Origin: Octopus bimaculoides
Taxonomy: Eukaryota
NCBI RefSeq assembly: GCF_001194135.2
Contig: NC_068990.1
Coordinates: 1,216,469 to 1,280,468 of the forward strand
Direction: 5' to 3'
DNA length: 64,000 nt
Of this stretch, positions 1 to 12,239 are shown piece after piece (position 1 is the first letter of the stretch; every line of letters begins with the position of its first letter). The position numbers and the translations under genes are program-made. The notes below the pieces were generated by a model that searched no databases, was not told where the DNA came from, and saw only the letters and a program-made list of their open reading frames with translations.

Positions 1-187
1 CACATCCTTAAAAAAACCCTATCAATTTAAATGTCTGTGTTGTATTACATGAAGATATTTTGCTACTTCCCCTGCTACTTCCCCTCCCAAGCTTTCAGTC
101 ATACTGTAACTTCTCTTATCCTTCACTCGCCCAAGGGTGTGTCTTGATGAGTGAATGTAACAAACATGCAGATTAAAAGTAAATGAC

Positions 188-228
<41 letters not shown>

Positions 229-300
229 TAATAATAAAATGATGATGATGATGGTAGTGTAATTTCTATAAAACTAACTATATGTCTTTCATTATTTCAG

Positions 301-530
301 GCTGCAGAAATGCCGGTTGCATTAATAAGAAGTCACCAGATAAAGAAATTGGGAGACTGTATAGTTAAACAACCATTACCAAGCTTTCCCAAAATCAAAT
401 ATACTATCAAGAAATGTGGTGCAGAGATATCCTCCCCAATAGAATGGAAGAAGTGGATTCCTGGAATGGAATATACCAAATGTATTGTCATAAAGAATTT
501 ATTGATGAAGATCCAGAAGTTTACGTATGA
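301..530 (+). CDS. CFAP65: CFAP65/CCDC108-like coding exon (N-terminal; ATG at 310 may be the start codon)
   Basis: Acceptor tctttcattatttcag ends at 300 and donor GA|GTAAGT follows 530. The frame is open: AAEMPVAL...CGAEISSPIEWKKWIPGMEYTKCIVIKNLLMKIQKFTY. It aligns without gaps to human CFAP65 as recalled ([38 protein letters not shown]). Ends in phase 2. Confidence 0.85.
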
Positions 531-1124
531 GTAAGTTTAATGTCAAACCACAAATGACAGTTCTTTGATTTCCACAATTACAAGATGCTCATTTGCAGCT
601 GTCATGTGATGTGAAGACAAGGATACACATGCCCCCCACACACATACAAACATTTATAAACATATATATAACAGGCTTCATTCAGTTTCCATCAACCAAA
701 TCCACTCACAAGGCTTTGTTTTATCATCCTGGGGCTATAGTTAAAGATACTTGTCTGAGGTGTCATGTACTGGGATGGAATCGAAGACCATATGGTTGGC
801 AGGCAAGCTTCTTAACTACTCAGCCACAACTGCACCAACCCACACCTCATCAATTTGCACCTTCAGTAATCCACACCTGCACTAATCCATACCTGTGATT
901 TGTGAAATTTGTTTCCACTCTTTTGTATGGATGTGAGACATGGACTGCATACAGCTAATACATTAATGCCCTGTACACCTTGACACATTTAGACCTTGGT
1001 AACCTTTCACAGACCTGGAAGAACCTTCTAGTCATCTGTCAAGACAGGATCCCAGCACATAAGAGATTCACAGTCAAACTAAAAGAAGCTTTTAATCAGA
1101 GTTACATGTAGGCTTTCAAGCCAA

Positions 1125-1337
1125 CCCTTTAGCATTTAAAGTGACCATAACTGGAGAATATATTCTTGTTTGCTGTTCAAACTGATCAGATCTTGTTTTC
1201 CACACTTGCTCAACTTACGTCATTCTAAAAGTAAACAATTACATCATCATAATCTCAAAGCTATTAGATAATGCATGATTAATTCAATGTGGATTAATAA
1301 GCATAACATTTGACAGAGTATTCTGAATGCTAATGGG
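1125..1337. mobile_element. piggyBac-like MITE, degenerate copy
   Basis: Ends cccttttagcatt ... aatgctaatggg; internal sequence resembles 35910-36132. Confidence 0.6.
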
Positions 1338-1394
1338 TTGAATGTTTATAGGTCCTGCCTGTGATCAAAGATGCACATTCGGTCTTTCATTTAC

Positions 1395-1955
1395 TTTTTA
1401 TTAACTACTTGTTTCAGTCATCGGACTGCGACCATGCTGAAGCACTGCCTAAAAGAGTTTAGCCGAACAAATTGATCAGTGTAGTTGTGTTTTTTTAAAA
1501 GTCTGGTACTTATTCTGTCAGTTTCTTTTTACTGAAATTCTAAGTTACAGGGATGTAAACAAACCAGCACTGGTTGTTGAGGGGTGGTGGATGACAAACA
1601 CAAGCACAAAGACATACATACATGCATCCATCTATCTGTACATACATACATACATACATACCTACCTACATACATACATACATACCTACCTACCTACATA
1701 CATACATACATACATACCTACCTACCTACATACATACCTACCTACATACATACATACATACATACAAACCTACATGAAAGAATAAATGAATGATAGAATT
1801 CTTTCGGTTTCCATCTACCTAATTCACTCTCAAGATTTTGATTGACCCAGGGTTATTGTAGAAAAAAGCTTGTCCAGGGTGCCATACAGTGGAACTGCAC
1901 CTGGAACCATGTGGTTGAGAAGCAGGCTTCTTACCACACAGTCATACAAGATCCA
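1395..1955 (-). mobile_element. SINE family A copy with an expanded (TACA/TACC)n core
   Basis: Reverse complement of the 29853-30312 head and tail, flanking a tetranucleotide array at about 1600-1770. Confidence 0.72.
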
Positions 1956-3113
1956 TGAATGAAAAAGATGGTCATTGTAGGATTCCATGGACAACCATGA
2001 ATAAGCAACAGTATGTTTCATATGTGTGAGTGTTTAAGCCTGTGTTTTTATATGTATATGTGTGTGTGTGTGTGTTTGCATGCATTTGCACATCTGTATG
2101 CATGTGTGTGTGTGTGTGTGTGGGCATGTGTGTGCATAGAGAAGTCTATGATTCCTATGAGGGTACTGATTCCTTATAAAAATATGCAAACGTTATTGTG
2201 TGTGTGTGCACACATGTGCAAATGTGTGCAAATGTGTGCATGTGTGTGCTTGCACGTGCATGCATGCACATTTGTGTGTGCATGTGTATGTGTGCATGTG
2301 TGTGTGTGTGTGTGAAAATTTCTTCATTCTGCAAGTATTTCTTGTCAGAATACATTTTACAAAATAATCAGGAAAAGTGATTCAATTTCAAATTTTATTG
2401 TTAATCTTTTTTTTTTTTTGGTGGTGTTTATTATCTCCACCATGATGATGACAATGATGACTACGATGACGACAACCACCACTGCTCCCACCATTACCTA
2501 CCCCTCCTGAAATTTATAAAACAACTACAACAATAACAATAACAATAAAATGTAGTGAGAAAATCAAACACAAAAAAATCCAATAAAAAGAAAACATCAA
2601 AAGGAGGAAATGTAAGGAAGCTGAAACTATTTCCTCAATTGCCATCACATCGCCTTAGTTCTCCCTTAATTTTGTTTTGTTTGCCCAGAAAATGAATGTC
2701 CTCACTAATTAAACTTTGTTATTTGCGTCAACTCTAATAATTATAATTTTAGTTTATTTATTATTTTAGCGACGGATGACAATTTCAATGACTTTCAAGG
2801 AACAGGTTGTCTTGTCTGTTATTCACTTGCATAATGCAGGGAGTCACTTTGACAATGGCTGCGCACACAGCAAAGCTTACAGATGGCCTGCTGAATTGAA
2901 ATCGCTGTTTTGCTTTGAGAGGGTAAAATTGGATGAACTGCGTCTTCTTCCAAATGTATGTAGCTATTTTGATGTTGCTCATGCAGGAAATGGCTTCTCG
3001 GAAAATTTTCATATAACAATGTGTGGGCATTGACTTCTTCAGGCTGCAGAGAAATCAGAACCCCAAGATTTAATTCTATATCACAGCAATTTTGTACAAA
3101 CAAGCATAGTATA

Positions 3114-4360
3114 CAAGGGCGTGCTGAAAAGTTCATAGGATGACTATGAAAGAGTAATGCTAGAGCTGTGAAATGTTGCATGTGTTAATGTCAACATTTC
3201 TTATTAGTCACTGCATTGCTTCTTTTCCGGTAAATTGATATCTGACTTCAAAGAACACTTCAAAAGTAACTGGTAGCAACTTCTCTTGAAAACAAACAAA
3301 ATTTGGTATCATGTTGTTATCAAGTAACTGCAGAAAAAGGGTTCAGCCCCCGAGGACATTCATGCTGATACAGTTGCTATGTTAGGGAATGTGCTCCAGC
3401 TTTATCAATGGTGCAAAAGTAGGTGGTTGTATATTGGAGGGGAAGGGAGAGTCTTGAAGATGACCCAAGGTCTGGAGATCATGCAACTGCCACCACTGAG
3501 GAAAACATTGGTTGTGTTCACCACATACTGATGGATGACAGGGCATTGACAATACATCAAATAGCCAATGCTATTAGCATATCCCATGAGAGAATGAAGA
3601 ATATTCTGCACAATGAACTTGGTATTACAAAGGTTTCTGCATGGTGGGTGCCACATTTTCTGACACCCGTTCAAAAATGCACCAAGCTGATCAAATCATT
3701 GGAAAATCTGACATTGTTTGAAGCAGATCCAGCTGGTTTCCTTGAATGTTTCCTAAATCAGGATAAGTGTTAGATTCATCACTTTAGACCATAAACAAAG
3801 AAACAATCCATGCAGTGGAAATGCCCCTCCTCACCTGCTTCGAAGAAGGCCAATACTGTTTCATCTGCAGGAAAGGTGAGAGCTTCAGTCTTTTGGGGAT
3901 GTAAAAAGCATTTTGTTCATTGACTATCTTAAAAAGGGCCACACCATCAATGGAGAGTACTATGCCAACTTGCTGAGACAATTACAAAAGGCTATCATGA
4001 CCAAACTGATAAAAACTGTCTTGTTTCATTAAGACAATACCCCAGCATACAAGTCCTTGGTTTCAATGACCGCTTTGCATGACTGTGACTTTGAACTGGT
4101 TGATCAGTCTCCCTGTTCTCCTGATTTAGCCCTATCTGACTATCATCTGTTCCCCAACATGAAAAAATACTTGGCTGAGAACCAGTATCGCAGTCGTATC
4201 TACTGTTGATGACATTTTGGACCAACGGGATCCAAGCACTGCAACACCGGTGGAAAATGTGTATGGACCACGAGGAGGACTATGTTGCAAAATAAATCGC
4301 ATTTGGTCACATTCCATGAGAGTATCTTGGTCAGCCTGTGAACTTTTTAACTGACCTTTG
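3114..4360 (+). mobile_element. Full-length but decayed mariner (DD34D) DNA transposon
   Basis: Imperfect TIRs: caagggcgtgctgaaaagttcataggatgac at the left end, and the right end reverse-complements to caaaggtcagttaaaaagttcacaggctgac. TA at both flanks; length about 1.25 kb; transposase remnant inside. Confidence 0.93.
3292..4295 (+). pseudogene. Mariner transposase pseudogene
   Basis: Motifs GRESLEDDPRSG (HTH linker), KVSAWWVPH (WVPR-like), NQDKC, FH*DNTPAY, SPDLALSDYHLFPNMKK and terminal DYVAK*. Start codon lost; several stops and frameshifts. Confidence 0.92.
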
Positions 4361-7153
4361 TATACTAGCAGAAAACTGCATAGGACCCATCAACTAGGTG
4401 CAGAAAATTGCATAAGAATCATCAATTAAATGAGGAGCACACAAAGGTCTCCATTGCAGAGACTCAAGTGACAATGTCACAGTTCATTTCAAATAACTTC
4501 AATTTCCTAGTTTTGCCATGACCACCACCACATCATCAGGGCAAACAATTCTGGTTGCTGGTTTACACCTTGAAGGGTTCTGTTTCACCCATGGTCAGCT
4601 TTATGTTGGATGTTCGCTTTCCTCCTCTTTCTCTCTATATAACACATTCTCTCTCGTTTTCCTCTGTATTTTTATATCTCTCACATATGTTGCTCCCCTC
4701 CTTCTCTCTTGATTTCACATGTAATTACTTTCACTTTGCTTTCATTTTGTGAGACAACTATCATGCAGAAAATGCTAGCTTTCAAATCCTCTTTTCTGAT
4801 TGGGTAAAAATGATCAAACTTTAAACATCTGCAACATATTTCTAAAATTTTTCCAGAATAAATATAGGATTAGGATTAGGGAATTCCGTCCCTAACTGTA
4901 ACCCTAACACTAACCCTAAACCCCTAATCCTGATACTAAAACTGTTATATGGACTGTTGGATTTATTGTTCATCTGAGGTCCCGTGTTTCAATGTGGTTC
5001 GTCTGAGTTCCTTGTTTTCATTGTTGTTTTGAATGACTGTGGAAGTCAAAGGTTATTGATATATATGGCGAGGACATGATTCTTGTTTATTAATAACGAA
5101 CATTCGGTGAGTGCGTTCTTTGTAATTAAATAATAAATGTAATAACTATATTGTACAACTCGTTGTCTTTTCTCTGCGAGTCTCCCGAGAGGAATACAAC
5201 AAAAAACCCTAACCTTAACACCCTAGTGAAGATCATGTAGGTGTTACGGAAAAGGCCGATCTTTCAGGACAGCCAGTAATGAAAATTTGAAGCACTGTAC
5301 AACATGCAAAAAAGAAAAAAAAAATGTGAAAACGACGTTCAGAATTGTGAAAAGTATGAAACATTTTGTTGCAGAAGAATGTGATGCAAGGCTGAGTAAA
5401 ATAGTGCATATCAAGAGAGAGAGAATCATGTGAATGTATATGGGACAGGTATGTGTTTGAGTGAGTCCAAATAGTGTAGTATCACTTTGCCTGATTCGAG
5501 TGAGTCTGAATAATGTAAGTGCAACATATGCAGTCTTTGCATGACTAAGTCAGCATGAGTGAGCGTCGTGTGAGTAAGCATTTGTGTGAGTGCGTATACA
5601 TGAGTAATAGACTGTGCAGCTGCAGAATAAGCTGAGGCAAGTGAGTGAGTGCATTCTCAATCCATGAGATGTGAAATTTTTCAAGCAAGTATGCATGAAG
5701 TGTGAAATGCCTTGAAAATGGTGCTGAGGCAAAACGTATCTGGCACTGTGGTTGTGGACATTTGCTGTTGTTAGCAAGAATGACACAGTGTGGCATGCTG
5801 GAACGTAGCAAGAAACAAGCAACTCTATATATACGTGACCAGCCTAGGGTCTTACAGAAGTGAGTTGTGTCTAGAACAAGGGCACAGAGAGCATGAAACA
5901 TCCGAGAGAGAAGTGTGTGGATTCGGTTTTGAATCTCAGCAGGTAGGGCCAAATAAGCTCCTACAGTAGTATATTGGCTCTACTTTATTTCATAAATATC
6001 TGCCATAAAGGCACTGCAAAGAGGAGGACGAACAAGGACAGACAAACATAAAAGGGGTGAAGTAGCTATATCGATTAAATATTTACAATCTTAAATATAC
6101 AATAATAATTTGATTATATTTACAATGTTCGATTAAAGCATTGCTCATTACAGATGCAATTTGTAATGGCTTTCCTGAAGGATAGGCATCCGACCAGCAT
6201 TGGCTCTACTTGCCAAACTGATGTATTCGTGTGTAGTGAGAGGTCAAGCAAATCAGAAATCCAAGGTTTGAAATCCTGAGCTTGAGCCAGAATTTCAAGA
6301 AACGAACGAACTAATTACTAAGTAAACATATTTCTACAAAAAAAAAAAATGGACTAAATTGAGTTAAATAAGTCTTCTAGAGCCCAAATTTATCATAGAG
6401 TCATTGTATTGAGAATGTTGTTTATTCCCTCTCACTGTTTTAACATGTGGAAAATAACATGATTTCAAGACCCCTGCTGCTGCCCCATAGATTTTTGAGT
6501 TAAAGGGTACTAAGAAATTAGCTGAAAGAAATTTATCTTTCCTCTAGTACTCTGTTGTAATTATGGCCTAAATACTTAGTGCCTCATATTGTTTTCTCTG
6601 GTGAAATGCCCTCTTCAAAAATGTAAATCTTCAGCTTATCACAAAGTGCATCAACAAATACCTTTCTTGAGTTGATAAGGAAGCTACTGTCAGACACATT
6701 ATCTGTCAGAAATAGCAGCTAAATTCTCTTAAGCTACATCCTACCATCTTAAAACAAATGGATATGATTAGAACATAATGAGCAATGCAGTCTTAGTCAA
6801 GAGATGGTGATACCTGTGACATGGGTTTTTTAGTGACACATGATGGACTTTACAAAAAATAAAAAAATGAAAATAAATAAATAAATGTTCCCTGCATTAT
6901 CATGCTAGAAAAAGGTTTTGCCAAGTGCTAAAATTCATCTATGTTCATATCACTCCAATAACAGCATTTGCTCAACTAAAAGTACTAGAGGCTTTTAATC
7001 ACAGAGCTGCACAATTAGAGTACACCTGATACAAAATACAATTCCCCACCACCAACAGCATATGTTTTATTTATTCATTTCATTGCTTATATTTCCATTT
7101 TGATTCTTGTCTATACAAACTGCTACTTTCCTACTGATTTTGTAATGCATTAA

Positions 7154-7373
7154 CCCTTTAGCATCCAGATTGCTCTGTCATATGTAATGCTCATTTATTC
7201 ACTTTGTTTTCAATTAATCATGCATCATCTCATGTCTTCAAGATTTCAATGATGTGATTGTATATTTTTGCTATGACATTGTAAGGGAGGTGTGAGAGGT
7301 CAAATCTGATCAGTTTGGACATGAAACAAGTACAATATTTGGGTTGGATATGGCCAGCCTAAATGCTCAAGGG
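7154..7373. mobile_element. piggyBac-like MITE (about 220 bp)
   Basis: TTAA|CCCTTTAGCAT ... ATGCTCAAGGG|TTAA, i.e. short TIRs with a TTAA target duplication. Confidence 0.75.
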
Positions 7374-9584
7374 TTAAGGAATACAAAGGACTTTGTCTGA
7401 GATGTTAGAATTTACTTCTTCCCCAAAACAATCGATTTTATTCTGCACTGATGCAGACCAGTAATCGTGTTTCCTCCTGTCTGTTTTTGTGTTCAATAGA
7501 CCAGTTCACTTTGCTATAAGTACAATAGGATGAACTATTAACAGCTGCAGATAGTGGCAGCACTGTTTAATTGATAGGTTGTTAATCTAACTTGCATCTG
7601 GGAGTTAATCTCATTCAGTGGCCCTTCTGTTCATACTCTATGTCAGAAAGGTTGATGATTAAAATTACTCATTGGTAGATGTTTCTCAAAAGGAACATTT
7701 AATGTAATTTCACAAAAATTGTCTGATAATAGATGACTACATAAGAAGAACTAGATGATTGTTTTGTATTTTTAGTGTATTCATTCTCTACACTTCTTCA
7801 ATACCTTCTCCTGTTTCTGTAAGGTGCAGTCAACAATATAAAAGACGCTGTGCTACCAATGCCATTTTCCCTATTGTTCCCTATCCATGTCAAGGCCTAC
7901 AATTTCACTAAATTTAATATGACAGCATCCAGCTAAATCCTCATTAACTGGAGAAATGTATGTTTTTTGCAAAGTTTGTCCTGTCTGTATTTCAGTTATT
8001 TTCCAGGACTCCAAACACAATATTTTATAGCATGTGTCTTTGTAATATATTATTAGCATGTTGTCTTTGCTTTTTTCGTTTTTGCTGCTATGGTTTATAT
8101 GAAATTTTCTTGTGTAAATTACTTCCATATTTTAAGAGTAATTTTATGTTCAATTAGTAATCACTAAATGAGAATTTGAACTAGATTAAAATATTGTCCA
8201 TAAGCTGGTTTTATTTTTTGCTTTTCTTTTCTGTTTATATTCTGTATTTTCTTTATTCTTGTTTTCTTTAATTTTTTTTTTTTTGCTGCTTCTACTTTGT
8301 AAATTATTGACAATAACTTGTTGCACACATTTTATTTACTGATCTTGCATGTAATTGAATAATTATTAGTTTGAACAGAGGAAAATAAAGTAAAAAAAAA
8401 ATGCATTTTTTAATTTCTTTTTTTCTGTTGCAAACAGTGATGTCATTATTTATTTTTATATAAAAACAAAAATTAAAAAAAACTTTTCTCTTGTAAAAAT
8501 ATATTATTTTCTGTTTTCCTTAAAAATGTAATCATGCTATGAAGGAGAGGGAACACCCTCTGTCAAGTTTGAAAAATATCACTTGCTTTGGCTTGTGCAG
8601 CTCGATGCGTTACGTTGGCCAAGTCATAAATCTTTAGAGTTATCTGTAGGATTTTAGATTAAAACATCATCATTATATCTGTGCAAATTACAGTTAAGAA
8701 TTTATTGCACTAAAAAATTGATAAACTCAGAAACTAATTTCAACTTTAGGGTAAAAAGTAAATAAATAAACACAGCAAAAAAAAAATGTAAAATTTTTTT
8801 TTATTTTCTTCTGAATGTTTAAAAACATATTAAGATGAATGTAAGCAATATTGAACATGGAAAATTATTACGAAAGAAAAGAAATGTAAAGAAAATAATT
8901 AGAATAATAGCAAAACCTTTTCCTTCTGAATGGAAAAAAAAAAGCATATAAAAATTAAAAACATGTACAACCTGTCCTCAATATCAAAACAAAGCAAAAC
9001 CATACAAACAAGTAACAAAAAAGGCTCAAAAACCCAACAAAACAAAAAATACAAATTGGACAGAAATGATGATCTACTATTTTGAAATAATAATGCATTA
9101 TTGGTAATTTAAAAAAAAATATCTTATGATTATCTATAATTACATAATATAGGATTATTGTTATTAAAAATTTGATTGGCAAAAAAATGATAATTTTGTA
9201 GAAATAGATGACTCTCCAACTGTATGACTTCTTAGGACTTAGGGTTTTGTGTTTCACTGGAATCTGGGTTCAGTTCCTATTATAATCTGCTTCACTCTTT
9301 GTACACTGATGTTGATAGAATTAGTGGTAGTAAAATATTTGGTTCCATTCAATTGATCTAAGCCTCACTTTGAGAACTAATTTGTCCTTAAGCTTATTTC
9401 TTCTTTTACTTGTTTCAGTTGTTATTGAATTACAGCCATGCTGGGGCACTGCTTTGAAAAGTACACTCAAGCAAAGCAACCCCAGTATTATATATCCATT
9501 ATAACCAAGCTTGCCATTTGGTTTTGCACTAGGGGTTCAATGGATTGCCTTATTACGTAACCCTGTACTCTTCAGAGGTAGCCG

Positions 9585-9644
<60 letters not shown>

Positions 9645-10129
9645 ATATAAGGATCAAAGGTCCTTCCCAAGCCATAGGCACATAAGGCTTGTTTCCTGGA
9701 TTCTGGAGTGTATACATTCCCTGCTGGATGGTATGCTAGTGTTTCAATTTTGCCAACTGATTGGAGAGCTGTGCCAGGCTCTGTCTGTCTGTTTTGGCAT
9801 TGTTTCTATGGCTGGATGCCCTTTCTAATGCCAACGACTTTACAGAGTATACTGGGTGCTTTTCATTTGGCCTGTAGTATATATCTATATTACATACATG
9901 CATACATATACATACATACATACATACATTATGGGTGGGAGCAACAAGAAAGTTACTCTATCCCGTGAGAGATAAATACCATTTAATATACAGAAGCTTT
10001 AAATGTGAGCTTCTATATTTTTCATGCTTCTGATAGTACTATAGTTGGATGAGCTTGTATAGCATGCCATGTATTATGAAAAACATAAAATTTATAGGAA
10101 CTCACACTTAAATCCTCTGTATATATATA

Positions 10130-10346
10130 TCATCATCATCGTTTAATATTCGCTTTCCATGCTAGCATGGGTTGGACGATTTGACTGAGGACTGGCAAAG
10201 CAGATGGCTACTTCAGACTCCAATCTGATTTGGCAGAGTTTCTACAGCTGGATGCCCATCGTAACGCCAACCACTCCGAGAGTGTAGTGGGTGATTTTTA
10301 CATGCCACCAGCACGAGGGCCAGTCTGGCGGTACTGGCAACGGCCA
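10130..10346. mobile_element. Interspersed repeat with a (CAT)n end, RTE-3'-like
   Basis: ttccatgctagcatgggttggacg...ctggatgccc...aacgccaaccactccgagagtgtagtgggtg; inverted copies at 54827-55063 and 24880-25070. Confidence 0.65.
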
Positions 10347-11099
10347 TATATATACTAACTTAAAAAGCTCCTGTGGAGGGCTCTTCATTCTGCCAAATCA
10401 GAATGGAACCTGAAGCAGCTCCCCAGCTTACCAGTTTTCAAACTGTCCAAAGTATGCCAGCAAGGAAAATGGACATTAACTGATGATGATATATATACAT
10501 ACATATATGTGTGTGTATGTATGTTTGTATATATATATATATATATATATATAGCCTTAGTCACAATTAGTGACAATTGAATTTTTCCTTTTTGGTTTTA
10601 TACTACATATAACAGCCTTCGTTATTTTATATACATATATATATAATATGAGAAGTTTTGTCATAAAAGTATATTGTATTTTGACAGAATAATACTATTT
10701 AGGTGCATTATGGTTTTTGCAACCTCAATCTTCTGAATTTGAGCCACCTGCATGGCATCAAGAACAAATATAATTTTCTGTAGCCTCAAACTGACCCATA
10801 AAGTAGATAGAAATTTTATAGAAACCTATTGATTGGATTGTCCCTATACTTCTAAATGCCATACAGTTTCTGCCTGAGAAATATGTTAAAAGTCCATGTT
10901 TTCAGAATGCCAAAACACTTAAATCTTTATTCCATGGCAGGTTATACAGGTGATCAAACAGCTGAATCCTCATTATCAAATGACAGGGATCTACCTGTTT
11001 TATTTCCTAACAATATTGTACTTTGCTAAAAATTTTCCATAACTGTTTTATATTTTGTGAGAATATATATGTTTCTTTTTCCTAAATTCTCTTATTCAG

Positions 11100-11238
11100 A
11101 TTGCCAGAAACGAAATTCTTCTTAACACCCTATCCCAAGACCATCAGCCTTAGCACTGGCACATCCTTTTATCTGCCAGTTACATTCCATCCACTAGAAG
11201 AGAGAGAATACAAAGACAAGATAAAGTTCTCTTCAAAT
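11100..11238 (+). CDS. CFAP65: CFAP65/CCDC108-like coding exon, next exon after 301-530
   Basis: Polypyrimidine tract and cag end at 11099; donor AAT|GTATGT at 11239. The first base completes the phase-2 codon (GA+A = E). The exon then reads LPETKFFLTPYPKTISLSTGTSFYLPVTFHPLEEREYKDKIKFSSN, matching recalled human PPKTKFFFTVIPQPIFLSPGITLTLPIVFRPLEAKEYMDQLWF. Confidence 0.88.
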
Positions 11239-11880
11239 GTATGTATTATATTAAAGTGGTTCCATTAACTATTTGTCAAATTACAAAGAATTAGAATTTC
11301 ATTGGACTAAACATGCATATTCATGTATTTATTTTACTTTCATCTGTCGTTTTCTCTTTTGAGTTTCTTTTTTATGACATTGTAAATTAAACAGTAAATA
11401 AATCTTCTTGTATTGGTCTGAGTCATGGGGTATCTACCGTCACCATCTACAACCTCTACCAGCACTTCTACCAGCACTGCCTCTGCATCATCTTCATCAT
11501 CTACAGAATTTATTTTAATTTTCTACCACCATTGAAATCCCCAAACATGTGGGAGTTAACAGTGTAGAAGCCCTTATAGCTGCTCTTATAGCAACCTTAT
11601 AGCTGCTGGACAGGGAACTTTTCTAGAATGGAGAATTAGTGCCTTCCCAATATTGGACTGTATAGCAAACCATGCACTGTCCCTTGTAGAAGAAGGGCAC
11701 CAAAGAAAAGCACAAGGGCAGGAATGTAGCTGGTGGGGCAAGTGAGGATATCAGTTTGCCCCATGCAATGCTTTTATTGGGGCAGCACTTTTGGGTCTTC
11801 TATATAAGCCAGTATAAACAGGTGGGTGGGTGGGTGGAGAACGAGGGGAGGATAAACTCAGTGGATCCTCGTTTTGATGA

Positions 11881-11950
11881 TGTTGATAATGAGTATACTT
11901 GTTGTTGATAATGAGTATACTTGTTGTTGATAATGAGTATACTTGTTGTT
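11881..11950. repeat. 22-bp tandem repeat, three copies
   Basis: tgttgataatgagtatacttgt x3. Confidence 0.9.
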
Positions 11951-12018
11951 TGATTAACTGAAATATCTACTAATTAACTTATAAGTGGCTGAGTATTATA
12001 CTAATACTTGCATCTTTG

Positions 12019-12239
12019 ATCTTTTAGCACTCAGATTACTCTGCCAGATGTAATGTTTATTAAGTCACTGTGTCTTGAATTAATAATACGTTATCTTGCA
12101 GTTTCAAGATTTGTATGATGTGATTCCTTATTTTTAATGCGGCATTGTAGGATAGGTATGGGAGGCTGGATCTGGCCAGTTTCAGCATAAAACAGGTAGA
12201 ATATTTTAGCTGGATATGGCTGGTTTAAATGCTAAAGGG
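12019..12239. mobile_element. piggyBac-like MITE, left end eroded
   Basis: Colinear with 7154-7373; right end aatgctaaaggg|ttaa is intact. Confidence 0.65.

Noticed and set aside
5545-5952. 135-aa minus-strand ORF
   Set aside because: No recognisable motif; the sequence is GT/GA-biased and looks like interspersed repeat.
7824-7957. Plus-strand segment with acceptor-like and GTATGT donor-like ends
   Set aside because: All three frames contain stops.
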